DNA from: Haliotis cracherodii
Lineage: Eukaryota
Assembly: GCF_022045235.1 (NCBI RefSeq)
Contig: NW_027266341.1
Coordinates: forward strand, 22,320,001 to 22,384,000
Direction of reading: 5' to 3'
DNA: 64,000 nt
A program made the translations under genes and the position numbers. A model generated the notes under the pieces. It saw only the letters and a program-made list of their open reading frames with translations, was not told the DNA's origin and searched no databases. Of this stretch, positions 62,359 to 64,000 are shown one piece after another; within the stretch, counting starts at the first letter, position 1; each line of letters starts with the position of its first letter.

Positions 62359-62500
62359 NNNNNNNNNNNNNNNNNNNNNNNNNNNNNNNNNNNNNNNNNN
62401 NNNNNNNNNNNNNNNNNNNNNNNNNNNNNNNNNNNNNNNNNNNNNNNNNNNNNNNNNNNNNNNNNNNNNNNNNNNNNNNNNNNNNNNNNNNNNNNNNNNN
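62359..62500. other. Assembly gap (N run)
   Basis: Run of n. Confidence 1.
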
Positions 62501-63542
62501 AAATCTTATTAAACAATTGTTCGACAGTTGTTCACAGACTTAATTTATGGAACAAAATCTAAGCCATAGTTATTCATGTAATAGAATCCATGCACTTATG
62601 GGGACCCTAAGCATGGGTATGGTTCTGACAGGCCAGGGACTTAATTTTACCAGGGTAATCTGGGATTTGAACACACAACCAGCAATCGGAAACAGATAAT
62701 TGTTGTGCTAAAGACCAATGAGCCAAAAGTGCCCCCTTGACAAAGTCATGAGACCTTTCAGTATATAGTTGGTCTATGACACAAAGACAATTTGTCGTAA
62801 CTATAATTCTGTGTAACCAGTACGGTCACCAAATTACTGAACCCAACACAGACGGATCCAAAGGGTGGTTCTGCCCCCCCCCCCCCCTTTTGAAAACCAA
62901 ATGTTGTATGTTGTAGACAATTCCCCCTTACCACCACTGCCACTGAGAAAGGATTTTGATATTTTGGACCCCTCCTTTTTAAAAATGCTGGATCAGCCCT
63001 TGGCCAATATCATTTTAAATACCACTAAATCTGCCAGCTCCTTCTGCAAAAATTATCTCCTATTTCATTTACAAAATGTTCATGCAAAATAAATCTGCAT
63101 ATAGATCTTCTCTCTGGACCTTAATAATAGCAATACTGGTATTCCAGTGTGTGTAACAATGTTTATGAATTTCCATTATAACAGGTCATGTTCCTGTTTT
63201 GTATCCTGCCCCCTGTGGGTAGTTATGTACAATACAAATGTTCTTCTTCTGTAAGTCTATTTGGCTACAATAGTACCAAGATCACTATGTGGAGTGACAG
63301 ACGTTTCTAAGAAGCCAAAGGTTGTTTAGGAGGTGACTCTCATTATTTCTTGCTGCAAGACATATGGGTATATTTCAGTGTGTGTGGTTGCTAAGACCTA
63401 GACAATTGCTGAGGGAAGGGGAAATAGTGGACTGATATCTAGTCTCTGAAATGAACACATCGTACAGAAAAAAAAACAGTTGTTCAATTATCTTAATAAG
63501 AATATTGCAAAAAGGAGCCCAGAGACTCTCTTCATGATACTA

Positions 63543-63822
63543 CAGTAATCTAGACTTGCCAAACATTACAGCTTGCATGGGCTGTATTTGATTTATTTGT
63601 ATCATGGTCTGTAAGACAGACTAGGGAAATATGATATTGCAGTAATCTAGACTTGCCAAACATTATAGACTTGCCATATTTGATATATTTGTATCAGGGT
63701 CTGTAAGACAGACTAGGGAAATATGATACTGCTGTAATCTAGACTTGCCAAACATTATAGACTTGCATGGGCTGTATTTGATATATTTATACCACGGTCT
63801 AGAAGACAGACTAGGGAAATAG
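63543..63822. repeat. ~90-97-bp tandem repeat, 3 units
   Basis: GTAATCTAGACTTGCCAAACATTA..GGTCT..AGACAGACTAGGGAAATA three times. Confidence 0.85.
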
Positions 63823-64000
63823 CTGTTATAGTGGTTATCTCTCATTGGCTGGCTCCTGGACATTTAAATACTTCCACTTTTACTGATGGCGGGAGATGAC
63901 TGTGGAGAGGTGAAACTGTCAGCTTGCATTAACCTTTCCTTTCCTGGGTTGGACTTTGGGGCTTGTGTATATAGGTGCCCCGGTTGATTAACCCTTTGAC

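Overview
AT-rich, repeat-dense metazoan genomic DNA with two assembly gaps. The repeat repertoire looks molluscan, possibly abalone-like (inference only). No long genuine CDS is present: all large ORFs (25010-26182, 27491-28489, 42683-46828 etc.) are read-throughs of tandem repeats. The window is best read as intronic/intergenic. It holds one candidate + strand exon (36222-36324) that may carry a start codon and a signal-peptide-like N-terminus. It is dominated by four SINE families, many copies bounded by 10-15 bp TSDs: A (tRNA-Asp-like head), B (tRNA-Leu-like head), C (no tRNA head, Meta-domain-like) and D (tRNA head plus V-domain-like). A, B and C share one LINE-like 3' tail. There is also a 5S-headed CORE-SINE relic, several MITE families, a HINE/Helentron-like element, about ten minisatellites, and a Penelope-type minimal hammerhead ribozyme inside an extended hairpin (51671-51767). 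I found no convincing new multi-gene system. The best leads are the hammerhead, the headless structured SINE C whose 5' module has seeded three independent tandem arrays, and the 5S+CORE SINE.
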